A stretch of 64,000 nt of DNA. Origin: Mobula hypostoma. Lineage: Eukaryota. The stretch spans positions 38,814,001 through 38,878,000 of the forward strand of contig NC_086108.1 of NCBI RefSeq assembly GCF_963921235.1, read 5' to 3'. The notes below the pieces were generated by a model. That model was not told the origin of the DNA. It saw only the letters and a program-made list of their open reading frames with translations, and searched no databases. Each line of letters opens with the position of its first letter. Position 1 is the stretch's first letter. Of the stretch, positions 37,720-48,842 are shown piece after piece. Made by a program: the position numbers and the translations under genes.

Positions 37720-39249
37720 TGTAAAGCACTGGATTAATGTCGGGAAGGTAAAATGACAATTTAACTCAGTCTGAGCTTGTAGCGTGTGGAGTTCCTGTGC
37801 ATGGTAAACCGTGTAGGTCTGTTAATGTCTAATGTTTGTTGATAGCAGCTGGGTTCTTTCTTAGTGTCAGGTGCCATTAACATGAAGATGCCAGTTATGA
37901 CTAAATGTCTGTTGGTTATTTTGAGTGCAAGGTTGATGGATTCTTTTTTAGTGTCTGTCAAATTAGCTTGATTGATGTTTTTTTTTTGGATTTGGGCTTA
38001 TTCTTTATATGCTCAAAGCATTGGTAGCAAGTGGATGAGGAGTGACCAGTACAATGTCTAATTGCTTTATGAGGGTATGCTGAACACTGTGTCGATGGAC
38101 ACAGGATGTTTTTTAAAAAAAGACAGGCTGTGTTGAGACAAAGGTTCAAAGAGTTTGTCTGTCTTTGTGTATCTCACTGTACTTGTGAAACTCATATTTA
38201 TTGGGGTGCCCTTCCTGGTTTTGTTGGACTTCAACCACGAGCCAGAAACCATGATCGGTGCTTCTACCCGAGGGTCATTTCACAAGCGAGTCAGAATTCA
38301 GGTTTCCCCCAACAACCGCAACAATCAAGTGCTGACAAAGAATCGCGAGCCCTGAAATCTTTGTGACTTGCTACATAATATTTTGTGTGGTTTATTTCTG
38401 CTTTCTCTTTCGTGATAATAAATTGAGCTTGGGTTAGTTTGTTGTGCTTGTACGCTTACGTCACACTCCAGGAGTCACACTCACATCCCCATCTACATCA
38501 ACGGAACTGTAGTGGAGCGTGTATCGAGCTTCAAATTCCTTGGTGTCCACATTTCCGAGGATCTCACCTGGTCCCTGAACTCCTACATCCTGATCAAAAA
38601 GGTGCAACAGCGCCTTTATTTCCTGCAGAACATCAAGAAAGCTCACCTCTGTCCCAGGATACTGATGGACTTTTATCGCTGTACCATTGAGAGCATACTC
38701 ACCAACTGCATCTCAGTGTGGTATGGCAATTGTCCCGTATCGGACCGCAAAGCACTCCAGTGTGTGGTGAAAACTGCCCAGTGGATTATCGGCACCCAGT
38801 TGCCCACCATTGAGAACATCTACCATAAACGCTGCCTGAGCAGGGCGAAAAGCATTATCTGGGATGCATCTCACCCTAATCATGGACCTTTAACTCTCCT
38901 TCCATCCGGTAGGCGCTACAGGAGCCTCCGCTCCCGCACCAGCAGGCACAGGAAGAGCTTCTTCCCTGAGGCTGTGACACTGCTGAACCTCACATCACAG
39001 CGCTAAGCAGTATTACATCCGTATTGTACTGTCTCAGTACTTTTATATTTGTGTGCTGTAGCACTTTTTTTATTCGCAGTTATTTTGTAAATAACACTAT
39101 TCTTTGCATTTCTGGTCAGATGCTAAATGCATTTCATTGGCTTTGTATCTGTACTCGGCACAATGACAATAAAGTTGAATCTAATCTAATTACTACTCCA
39201 TATAATGGACATCCGAACTGTCTAGGTGCGATTAACCCGGCCTTTTGTG
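37720..39249 (+). repeat. 5' LTR of the ERV (interrupted by a Rex1-like LINE)
   Basis: Colinear with 48807-49549 (e.g. tggatgaggagtgacca.tacaatgtctaattg, gtgtcgatggacacaggatgt, gagccctgaaatcttt); AATAAA at about 38417; 3' boundary approximate. Confidence 0.88.
38471..39190 (+). mobile_element. Rex1-like LINE 3' fragment inserted in the 5' LTR
   Basis: Stop-free ORF 38512-39006 (ERVSSFKFLGVHISEDLTW, FYRCTIESILT, LLPSGRRYRSL); aataaagttgaatctaatctaat tail. Confidence 0.9.
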
Positions 39250-39257
39250 TAATCCTA

Positions 39258-39275
39258 TGGTGCCATGAGCAGGGT
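39258..39275 (+). promoter_or_regulatory. Primer-binding site, tRNA-His-like
   Basis: TGGTGCCATGAGCAGGGT matches the complement of the tRNA-His 3' end (TGGTGCCGTGACTCGGAT) at 13/18, just after the 5' LTR. Confidence 0.6.
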
Positions 39276-39287
39276 CCATCCAGCAAT

Positions 39288-40963
39288 ATGTGGAGGTGGA
39301 TAAGCAAGTCGAGCGATATCGTAACCAGGTCTCCGAATGGGTGGATAACTCGGAAGGTTTTGGATCTTTGGCTAATGACCTGGTCCTCCCAGATGTTGGG
39401 AGAATGCACTTGCTGAATTGGCTGACATAAGTTTCCGTATGTAGTATCACAATGCCTTAAGCATATAGACTTTCCCTCTAAGAGGGATATTTTATGACTG
39501 CATTGCGGCAGTGAGTTATTAAAACAACTGAATCCACTGAGGAAAATAAGCGACTGCAGCGTGAGTTGGCCTGTGAGTTCTCAGAACTCTATCTTAAGTG
39601 ACGCGCCGCGGGCAGAGCAGGGGCGCGCTAAATGTTCTGAGCCTAAACAAATTGCTGTGGCTGATGGGGTTATCTGGGAGATTGGATGAGATGGAAATAC
39701 TGTTATCGAGGCGTGTAAACGTTAAAGAAGGAACGCCGGAACGCTGATGAGCAAAATCAAACTTACTTCCCATAAGTTGTCCCTGGAAAAGCCCCATGGA
39801 AGCTATTTCATCCCTTTGTGGTATGGCAATACAATCTGCCATTTATAATAACAGTGACTTTAACGACCCTGAGGCTGCCCTTTTTCCCTCGGTATGTTCA
39901 TCCGATTGATGGAAGGGGGACCGTCATGGTGGTGAGGCATCTTGCTGGCTCTGTTAGGGCAAGCTGAAATGTAGATTAGGAACGGGTGCAGGTTAAGGCT
40001 GCTTTTAAATCTCGGCAGCAGCAAGGGCAATCTGAGCAAATAATAAATGGAACTAGGAATGCCTCAAAACAACTTGATGACTGCGCCTCAGCAGTTTGTA
40101 TCAGAGACCCTCTTCCCGATTTATAAGAAAGGGAATGTTTCTATTCCTGCTGAATGCAGGGCTGGATAAGGAAGAAAATGACGGTGTACCTTCCGGCATT
40201 CTTTGTGTGCTATACCGTGAGCACGTGATCCAGGTGGGTTGCATTCAATAACCGAAAGGGACTGGTCGCCCTTCTGGCCCCTACACAGGAATGTGATGTT
40301 AATCCCAAAAGAAGGATGTTTCCCAGTTACATCCGGACTTGGGACAACTGAACCCTGGATGGCAGCTTACTCAACCTGTCGTCTAGGGCTTTGGCTAGGG
40401 CGCTGGAACTGCCACTGTTGCTATGACAACTCCAAAGGGAGACACGAGGTGGTAGGTACCTATTACCCTTTGGTGGTCACAGGCGAGCGAGTGTAAATTC
40501 AGGGATATGGTGGATCGGTTAAGGATACTGTATGAACAAAGGTCCGTCTGCTGTTGGTGAGGGAACTCCTCGGTCTGTCCCCGTTCTCATCTCCCAGGTA
40601 CCTGACAACATTTTAGGAATTGGTTGGTTAACAGGAACCTCTATCATGGCACCCTTTGGCAAATTTACTTTTGGTATTCGGAAGGTGACCATTCTGGTTG
40701 GAAAGGCAAGGAGCGAACCTGTCTTTATACCCTTGCCATTGCAAATAGTAGTTGCCAAGCAATATTATCTCCTGGGAGGAAATCGGTGAAACAGCCGAGT
40801 CCCTTTTAAACCTAGGGGTTCTTCCCATTATAATGGCCCTATTTGGCTATTTTGGAAACCTGATGGTTTATTGCATATAATCCTTGATTATTGTCAGTTA
40901 AATCAGTTTGCCCGTGAAATCAGTTCGCCCCTCTGCTGCTCACAGCTGTTTCAGCCACTATGA
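39288..40963 (+). pseudogene. ERV gag, protease and RT N-terminus (decayed)
   Basis: CPWKSPMEAISSLCGMAIQSAIY...DPE and LLNAGLDKEENDGVPSGIL (class III gag-like); VPVLISQVPDNILGIGWL...ILVGKARSEPVFIPLPLQIVVAKQYYLLGG. Confidence 0.8.
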
Positions 40964-41793
40964 CCCAGACGGAGACGGAGTTAAGAAGGCTCTAAACGGC
41001 GACTCCTTTGTTTGCATCTTCGGAATCAGCTCGACTTCCATCTTTAATATCTTTATTTTTCCCTTTCAGGGTTCTTTTGAAGTCCCTGACCTGAAGTTAC
41101 ACACTGACTTCGGTTCTTTGCAGGAATGGGATCCGTCCTCGGGGTTTCAGGACTGACCAAGGATGCCAAGGATTCGGCCTGAGAGTCCGGCTCGTATTTG
41201 GAAGCCTAAGATCTCAGGACTCTGGAGACAGGCGGATCGAGGGTCGGTGTCATGGCACAAGACCCGTGTGTCGTCGGGGAAGTTGTAAAATCTACTGCTG
41301 TGTGCCCAAAGACCTGAGATCTTTGTGATCTTCAGGCACAGAGGACTCGAAAAAAGCGACGTAACGGACTTCTAACATCATAAACCAGCAAGTTGTTTGT
41401 TATGTCTCCCCGCTCGTTGGGAAATGGAGACGTCTCCCTCTCCCTTATTAGGGAGAGAGAGAACCTGTGGTACGTCGAATGCTGGGTGAAACGCAAAGTC
41501 TTTGGGGTAACTGCAAGTCTGTGTCTTTGCTATTGCTTTGCTCACTCTTGACTGCTCGGTGGTGGTGCTGATGCTTTTTCTGCGGTGGAGGGAGGGGGAT
41601 CGTTGCTCGCTGCTGCTTACGCGCAAGAGGGGGGAGCTGGGGTTGACTTTGGGGTTCTCACGTTTAACTGTCATTCATTCTTTGGGGCACTTCCCTGTTT
41701 TCGTGGAGGTTTGCGAAGTACAAACTGTAAAAGCATTTCAGGCTGTATATTGTATACATTTCTCTGACATTAAATTGCACCTTTGAACCTTTG
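40964..41793 (+). mobile_element. About 830-bp non-coding retroposon inserted in ERV RT
   Basis: Starts near gagttaagaaggctctaaacggcgactcc, ends ctctgacattaaattgcacctttgaacctttga; homologous to 42918-43715 in the opposite orientation. Confidence 0.85.
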
Positions 41794-42917
41794 ATTAAGG
41801 ACCTTTCTCGGAGACTGACGGTTATTGTGCTGTTACTGATTTGGCTAATGCCTTCTTCTCCATCCCTGTTGCTGAACAGTCCCAAGATCAGTTTGCATTC
41901 ACATGGAATGGCCTTTAGTACACCTTTACACAGCTTCCCCAAGTATATGTTCATAGTCCTACTATTTGCCATAGTGTGGTGGCATGGGATATGTGTGAAC
42001 GTGTCCTATTCCCCAGCATTAAAGTAGCTCACTGTATAGATGATCGTGGAAGTCCTCTGAGGAGGAGGTTTCTGAAGGCCTTAATACTTTGACTGAGCAC
42101 ATGCGATTGAGGAGATGAGAAATTAACCCCGATAAAATACAGGGCCCAGCTATGACTATGCATTTTCTGGGAATACAATGGATTAAGGGAGATAGGATAA
42201 GGTCAGAAATGAGTTCCTAGACATAGCACCCCCTATGGCAAAACAAGAAGCCCAATACTTTGTTTGCCTTTTGGGATACTGGCAGCGACACATACTCCGT
42301 TTGGCTATGCGCTTCCAACTGTGTGTGCTGTGACTAGAAAGAAGTTTACTTCCGTATGGGGCCTCAAGCAGCAATCAGCATTTGAAGCTGCAGGGGAGGC
42401 CATCACAGCAGCCTTACCCCGTGTCTTCATTGAGAGTGCTTACCATATGATCTGCAAGAAGATGTGGCTGTCTGGAGCCTCTGACAGAGGTATGGAGGAA
42501 AGAACATACCTCTCAGTTTCTGATCCCAGAAACTTTCTGATGCTGCCACCAGATACATTGCACTTCAGAAAAAAAAATTCTTGCCTCCTACTGGGCTTTG
42601 ATAGAAACTGAAACAAAGATGGGAGATTCTCTCGTCCCTCTCAGCTCTGACCTTCCCTTTATGGGATGGGTCCTCTCTGACACCCTCATCCATAAGGTAG
42701 GGTGTGCAGAGCAGAGTTCGTTTCTCAAGTGGAAGTGGTATATTTCTGAATGAGCATCAAAGGGACTGGACAGAATTCATAAGATACATGAACTGGTTGC
42801 TGAGCCCCACGGGCAGCACCACCCGTGCCTGAAGCTGCCTTGGTCGATGCCCAGCCCGTTGGGTGGGGTGTTCCCTTTGATCTTCTGACTGCCGCTCAGC
42901 AGCAGCACACCTGGTTC
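41794..42917 (+). pseudogene. ERV reverse transcriptase and tether (decayed)
   Basis: YCAVTDLANAFFSIPVAEQSQDQFAFTWNGL*YTFTQLPQVYVHSPTICH...HCIDD (42030-42044)...FLGIQW...APPMAKQEAQYFVCLLGYWQRHI...LPFMGWVLSD..HKVGCAEQSSFLKWKWYI. Confidence 0.92.
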
Positions 42918-43715
42918 AAAGATCCAACTTAATGTCAGAGAAATGTATACAATATACATCCTGAAATGCTTTTTCTTTGCAAACATCCACAAAAACGGAG
43001 GAGTGCCCCAAAGAATGAACGACAGTTAAACGTAAGAGCCACAAAGTCCCCCACCCCGAGCTCCCCTCCCTCTCATAAATAAGTGGCAACAAGCAACAAT
43101 CCCTCCTCCTCCCAACAGCAAATAAAAGCATAAGCACCCACCACCAAGCACTCAAGCATGAGCAAAGCAATAGCAAAGACACAGACTTGCAGTTACCCCA
43201 AGGACTTCACATTTCACCCAGCATTTGACATACCACAGGCTCTCTCTCTCCCTAATAAGGGAGAAAGAGATGTCTCCATTTTCACAGCGATCGGGGAAAT
43301 ATAAAACACAACTCACTGGTTTACGATGTTGAAAGTCCGTTATGTCGCTTCTTCCGAGTTCTGTTCCCAAAGATCTCGGGTCTTTGGGCACACAGCAGTA
43401 GATTTTTCAACTCCCCCGATGATACACAGGTCTCCTGCCATGACACCGACCCTCTATCCACCTGTCTCCTGAGCTCCGAGATCTTAGGCTTCCAAATCCG
43501 AGCTGGCCTCTCAGGCCGAATCCTTGGCGTGCCGGACAATGGCCAGACCTGAAACCCTGAGAACGGGTCCCGCAAAGAACCGAAGTCTGCATGTAACTCC
43601 AGGTCAGGGTCTTCAAAAGAACCTCGAAAGGGAAAAATAAAGATATTAAAGATGGAAATAGAGTTGTTTCCAAAGATACAAGCAAAGGAGTTGCTGTTTA
43701 GCGCCATCTTAACTT
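42918..43715 (-). mobile_element. Second copy of the non-coding retroposon, inserted in the WFTD motif of RNase H
   Basis: Minus strand starts aagttaagatggcgctaaacagcaactcc; colinear with 40964-41793. Confidence 0.85.
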
Positions 43716-44023
43716 GGGTGTTGGCGCATGGCCAAGTGGTTAAGGTGTTCATCGAAGTGATTTGAAGGTCGCTAGTTTGAGCCTTGGCTGAGGCAGCGTG
43801 TGTGTCCTTGAGCAAGGCACTTAACCATACATTGCTTTGTGACGATACCAGTGCCAAGCTGTATGGGTCCTAATGCCCTTCCCTTGGACAACATCGGTGG
43901 CGTGGAGAGGGGAGACTTGAAGCATAGGCAACTGCCGGTCTTCTATACAACCTTGCCCAGGCCTGCGCCCTGGAAACCTTCCAAGGCGCAAGTCCATGGT
44001 GTCATGAGACTAATGGATGCCTA
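43716..44023 (+). mobile_element. tRNA-derived SINE
   Basis: A box TGGCCAAGTGG, degenerate B box, central GTGTCCTTGAGCAAGGCACTTAACC; taactt duplicated at both ends. Confidence 0.85.
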
Positions 44024-44031
44024 TAACTTTG

Positions 44032-44347
44032 CTTCACCGATGACTCTGCGACATGGAAGAATGGTCGTCGCTGTGGAAGTTTGCTGCTTTTCACCCTCTC
44101 ACCCAGCCATTTCTGAAGAAGGAAGGCCCTGAGGGGTCGAGTCAATAGGCAGAGCTTGTAGCAGTGCAGACTGTCTTTATGTGTGAAACCGAAGACATCC
44201 ATATTAATACTGAATCCTGAGCTGTTGCTCATGGACTTGCTGTCAGGTTGCCCCGGTGGAACCAACAGCCTTATACTATCATGGGGCATCTTTTATGGGT
44301 AGTGGAGTTGTGGAGGGACATTTGGAAGTGATCATCGCATGCTACCA
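44032..44347 (+). pseudogene. ERV RNase H (decayed)
   Basis: FTDDSA...WKFAAFHP...GSSQ*AELVAV...IHINTES*AVAHGLAV..PRW...LWRDIW. Confidence 0.88.
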
Positions 44348-47305
44348 GCAACACACACAAAATGCTGGAGGAAGTCAGCAGGCCAGGCAGCATCTATGGA
44401 AAAGAGTAGTCAATGTTTCGGGCCAAGACCCTTCATCAGGACTGGAGAAAGAAGACAGGAGTCAGAGCAAGAAGTTCGGGGGGGTTGGAGGAAGAACCAC
44501 AAGGTGATAGGTGAAACGGGGGTGGGGGTGGGGGGGCAGTGAAGTAAAGAGCTGGGAAGTCGATTGGTGAAAGAGATACAGGCCTGGAGAAGGGGGATCT
44601 GATAGGAGAGGACAGAAGGCCATGGAAGAAAGGGAAGGGGGAAGAGCACCTGAGGGAGGTGATGGGAAGGTAACGTGAGAGAGAGAAGTGGGAATGGGGA
44701 ATGATGGGAGGTGGGGGGTGGCCATGAGAAATCAATGTTCATGCCATCAGGTTGGAGGTTACCAAAATGGAATACCAGGAGTTGGGTGTTGCTCCTTCAG
44801 CCTGAGTGTGGCCTCATCAAGACAGTAGAGAAGGCCATAGACTGATATGTTGGAATGGGAATGGTAAGTGGAATTAAGTGGATGGCCAGTGGGAGATCCC
44901 ACTTTTTCTGGTGGATGGAGTGTAGGTACTCAGTGAAATGGTCTCCAAATCTACGTTGGGTCTCACCAATATACAAGAGACCACAATGGGAGCACTGGAT
45001 ACAGTAGATGACCCCAACAGTCTCACAGGTGATGTGACACCTCAACGGGAAACACTGTTTGGGACCCTGAATGGTAGTGAGGGAGGAGGTGTAGGGGCAG
45101 GTGCAGCACTTGTTCAGCTTGCAAGGATAAGTGCCAGGAGGGAGATCATTCAGGAGGGACGAATGGACAAGGGAGTCCCATAGGGAGCAATCTCTGCAGA
45201 AAGCAGAAAGTGGGAGGAGGGAAAGATATGCTTGGTGGATGGCAGAAGTTACAGAGGATTATATGCTGGATGCAGAGGCTGGTGAGGATGAGGAACTCTA
45301 TTCCTGGGGGAGTGGCTGGAGAATGGGGTGAGGGCAGACGTGCGCAAAATGGAAGTGATGTAGTTGAGGGGAGCATTGATGGTGGAGGAAGGGAAGCCCC
45401 TTTCTTTGAAAAAGGAGGACATCTCCTTAGTTCTAGAATGAAAAGCTTCATCCTGAGAGCAGATGCGACAGAGACGGAGGAACTGAGGGAAGAGGATGGC
45501 ATTTTTACAAGTAACAGGGTGGGAAGGGGTATAGTTCATTTTAATACCACTTCCTATTCCCATTCTGACATGCCAGTCCATGGCCTCCTGTACTGTTGCA
45601 ATGAGATCACACTCATGTTAGAGGAGCAACACCTTATACTCCGTCTGGGCAGCCTCCAACCTGATGGCATGAACATCGATTTCTCAACCTTCCACTAATG
45701 CACCCCCCTCACCGTTCCCCATTCCCATTTTCCTTGCCCATCACCTCCCTCTGGTGCTCCCCCCTTCCCTTTCTTTCTTCCATGGCCTTCTGTCCTATCA
45801 GATTCCCCTTTCTCCAGTCCTTTATCTCTTTCACCGGTTGACTTTCCAGCTCTTTACTTCACCCTTCCTCCCCTCCCAGTTTCACCTATCACCTACTACC
45901 TTGTATTTCTTCCTCCCCTCCCACCAGCTTTTTACTCTGACATCTCATCTGTTTTTCTCCAGTTCAGATGAAAGGTATCAGCCTGAAATGTCGACTGCAC
46001 TCTTTTCCATAGATGCCACCTGGCTGCTGAATTCTTCCAGCATTTTATGTGCATTGCCTGTATAACCCAGATTAATTAAACCCAAAGATGTAATGTTAGA
46101 GGGTTCCACCTGCGGAGGGATTAAAACGAGGCTTACCGATTTTTTTAAAAAAGAGAATTTTGGAAAAAAAACACTCTGCAAGAGAGGTGTGGTTGATGCA
46201 GGCACAGATAAGGAGAGAAACGAAGCACCAGTTAGAAGCTGAAGACAGGAACTGTTAAGAGTGGAATTAGTAGTGAGTATCTTTACCCTACTAACTTGAA
46301 AACCTCAAGATGAAACCCCTGGGGGAGGAGACAATAGCGATAAATATTTATTGAAGCTATGGCTATAAAATGCAGCAGTTATAATGAGAGAGTATCGGCA
46401 GAGACGAGTGTCCAAAATCCCTACCATGTAGTTGGGAATTAGTTCTGCAAAATCATACCAACGGACTTGGTCAAGTTTTTGTACAAGTTTGTGAACTGAC
46501 TTTCCATGGACGATGAACTATTTCATCCAACGAAACAAGATGGCGAGCCACCCACAATCGAGAAACCAGCGCAGGAACGAAATGTGTAATGACGCAAAGG
46601 ATTTAATATGGTTTGATGTTTAAGTTTATTTTCATTAGAAGAATCCGAATTTGATTTTCTGGAAGAACTGATTATTTGTGCAAAGACTTTGATAAGTTAC
46701 AGAATGAGATTTACTTTGTTTAAAAGTAGTGATGTCAGAGAACTATCGTGAAAGGAGTAAAACTGTGTCTTCATAAATTTTGAATTTGAATTTAAACTTG
46801 TAGCTATACTGCCTGGAACTGAAACTGAAGTTAACTAATACTTAAGAATAGGAATTATAGTTGGTTTCCTAACTAACTAGGGATAAGTAAAAAGGAAAGT
46901 TTAGTCTGTAAACTTTTAAATAGGGAGTAATACCAGATCTAATTAGGTAGAGAGATTAGAGTAATAAAGGAATCTCATTGATTCTAATTAAAAAGGAATC
47001 TGTTTTGGGTTGATATCTAAGACTTGGACCCTAAACAGAATGTTGGAATTTTGAATTGTTCTTGCTCACGTAAATATTTCGTACGTATTGTTCTTTTTCT
47101 TATAAACAAATCTTACCTCCAGAAGTGTGTGGTTTCTGTTCACTGTCTCCTTCCGATACCTAGAATCTTCTGATGGCCTACTAGCACCTAGTGTAATTTG
47201 ATTTTCTCAAAGAGTGCGGTGACTAGTCACACACGATAAGACTGGTGCTACACAGGTGTTGTACTTGGATTTCCAGCATCTGTAGATCTCCTCTTGTTTG
47301 TGATT
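44348..47305 (-). mobile_element. Neptune-type Penelope-like element with inverted terminal repeat, inserted in ERV pol
   Basis: Minus strand RT C-terminus (SHPVTCKNAILFPQFLRLCRICSQD) and GIY-YIG (VIYCIQCSHCGLLYIGETQRRFGDHF) to about 45535. Inverted copy of the 3' end at 45536-46058, finishing at 47265-47305. 11-bp TSD gcatg(c/t)tacca (44337-44347, 47306-47316). Confidence 0.9.
46059..47264. mobile_element. About 1.2-kb solo-LTR-like insertion inside the Penelope terminal repeat
   Basis: Splits the repeat (gtgcattgcc | ttggatttccagcatct); termini tgtataac...gttgtac are imperfect inverted repeats; no ORF. Confidence 0.55.
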
Positions 47306-47316
47306 GCATGTTACCA

Positions 47317-48270
47317 TTACAGCTTACCATGGCATCACCTAATTGAAAGATAATTTGCTGATGACAAGAATTAACATTCCTGACAAACTCGCTTGTGTTG
47401 GCACGGTGAAATTTAGCCCTCAGCCTCAAATACCAATATTGCCACTTGCTCGGTGGGCTCATGAGTCTTCTGGTCACTTGGGGGTACAAGGTACCTTGGA
47501 GTTGTCTAGGCAGCAGGGATTATTCCTTCTCACAGATATAACTCAGACAGCAGTGGGGAACAAATTAAGGACCAATAGCTTTTAAAATGACTCTTGGCTG
47601 CCATTCACCATGGGCTTGCTCCTGCTCAGACTTGGCAAGTGGATTAATTCGATCTCCTTCCTTTACAGAAGCGATACCAGTACCTGCTCACTATGGTGGA
47701 CAGTTATCCTGTTCTTTTGATAGCAAACCCTACTTTAAAGCTAATCAGGATGGTACCCTTAGGGGATTAGAAACCTTATTTCTGTATACAGCGATACCCT
47801 CGAAATTCAATCCGACACTGGTTGGCACTTTTTGCATTCTAGGGTACAAGAGGGAACTGTCTCTAATGGTCTTCCATATCCCCTATTATCCTCAGGCCAG
47901 TGATCTGATTGAATGAATGAATGGCCTATCAAAACGTCAAATTCGTTTACTTACTTCTGTCCATACCTTATCTGGATGGTTACCTGTGCTTCGTATAACT
48001 TGAATAACTGCTGTTTGAAAGGAGGCACTCCCTTTTTGTGAGTAATAGAACAATCTTTCCCTTTTGTTTCCGATGGCACAACTGAACGTACTGATAAAGA
48101 GCCAAGTCAGTTCTGCAAGGAGAGGGGGTATAGTATGGGTGACATACCCCTCTTCCCCTCCAGTGGAGGGTGCGATTATAGCTGATGGATGGGTTATAGC
48201 CATACTGGGTGATGGTATGAGGACAGACCTGTCTTGTGTGTGTGGATAAAGGTAACTTGACAAATGAACA
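47317..48270 (+). pseudogene. ERV integrase (decayed)
   Basis: LARWAHESSGHLGVQGTLELSRQQGL, APAQTWQVD*F..LP...YQYLLTMVDSY, EIQSDTGWHF, FHIPYYPQASDLIE*MNGLSKRQI. Confidence 0.9.
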
Positions 48271-48313
48271 CATTTATGTCTCGCCGGTTTTATTTGTAAA
48301 GGTTCCTGCCAGA

Positions 48314-48842
48314 ATGTTGCTTCGTTTTGTTTTAATGCTTGTCTTGTGTTTTGTTGGATGATGGACTTCTGTTCAGACCTGTCAGACTACTGAGAACCTT
48401 GCGATCGGTGAAAATTATATTATTGTTTCGGGAAAAATGTACACTTGTGATATATACTAACTGGGACCTGTAAGAGTGAGGGAATGTTGTAAACCTAGAG
48501 AGACTGGCCTGATATGACTTTTCCTGTGAAACAAGGGAAGTGCCAAATTGATTGTAATTTGAGTTTTCATCACTGATCAGAATGTGGTGTTTATAAATCC
48601 TACTTGTTCTGTTCAAATTGCCCCTTAGGGACAAGGGCATACATTTTAATGTTGAGATTAATCATTGGATATGTATAATTTTTCATATTTTAATAATCAT
48701 TAGAATATTAGTTTTAATCATCCAAGGGATGGTAATATGTATTCTTCATTTTAAGCAGAAGTGTTCTGTGTTTCTTTCACCTACCAGACATTTGAGGGGT
48801 AGATTGTGTAAAAGATCAGATGACTGTCTGGAGGGTAAATGA
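48314..48842 (+). pseudogene. Decayed small membrane-protein ORF at the env position
   Basis: MLLRFVLMLVLCFVG* signal-like start, Cys-containing middle, hydrophobic WICIIFHILIIIRILVLIIQGMVICILHF; stops and at least one frameshift. Confidence 0.45.
48794..48806 (+). promoter_or_regulatory. Polypurine tract
   Basis: GAGGGGTAGATTG immediately before the 3' LTR, similar to the ERV-L/MaLR-type AGGGGTGGA tract. Confidence 0.7.
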
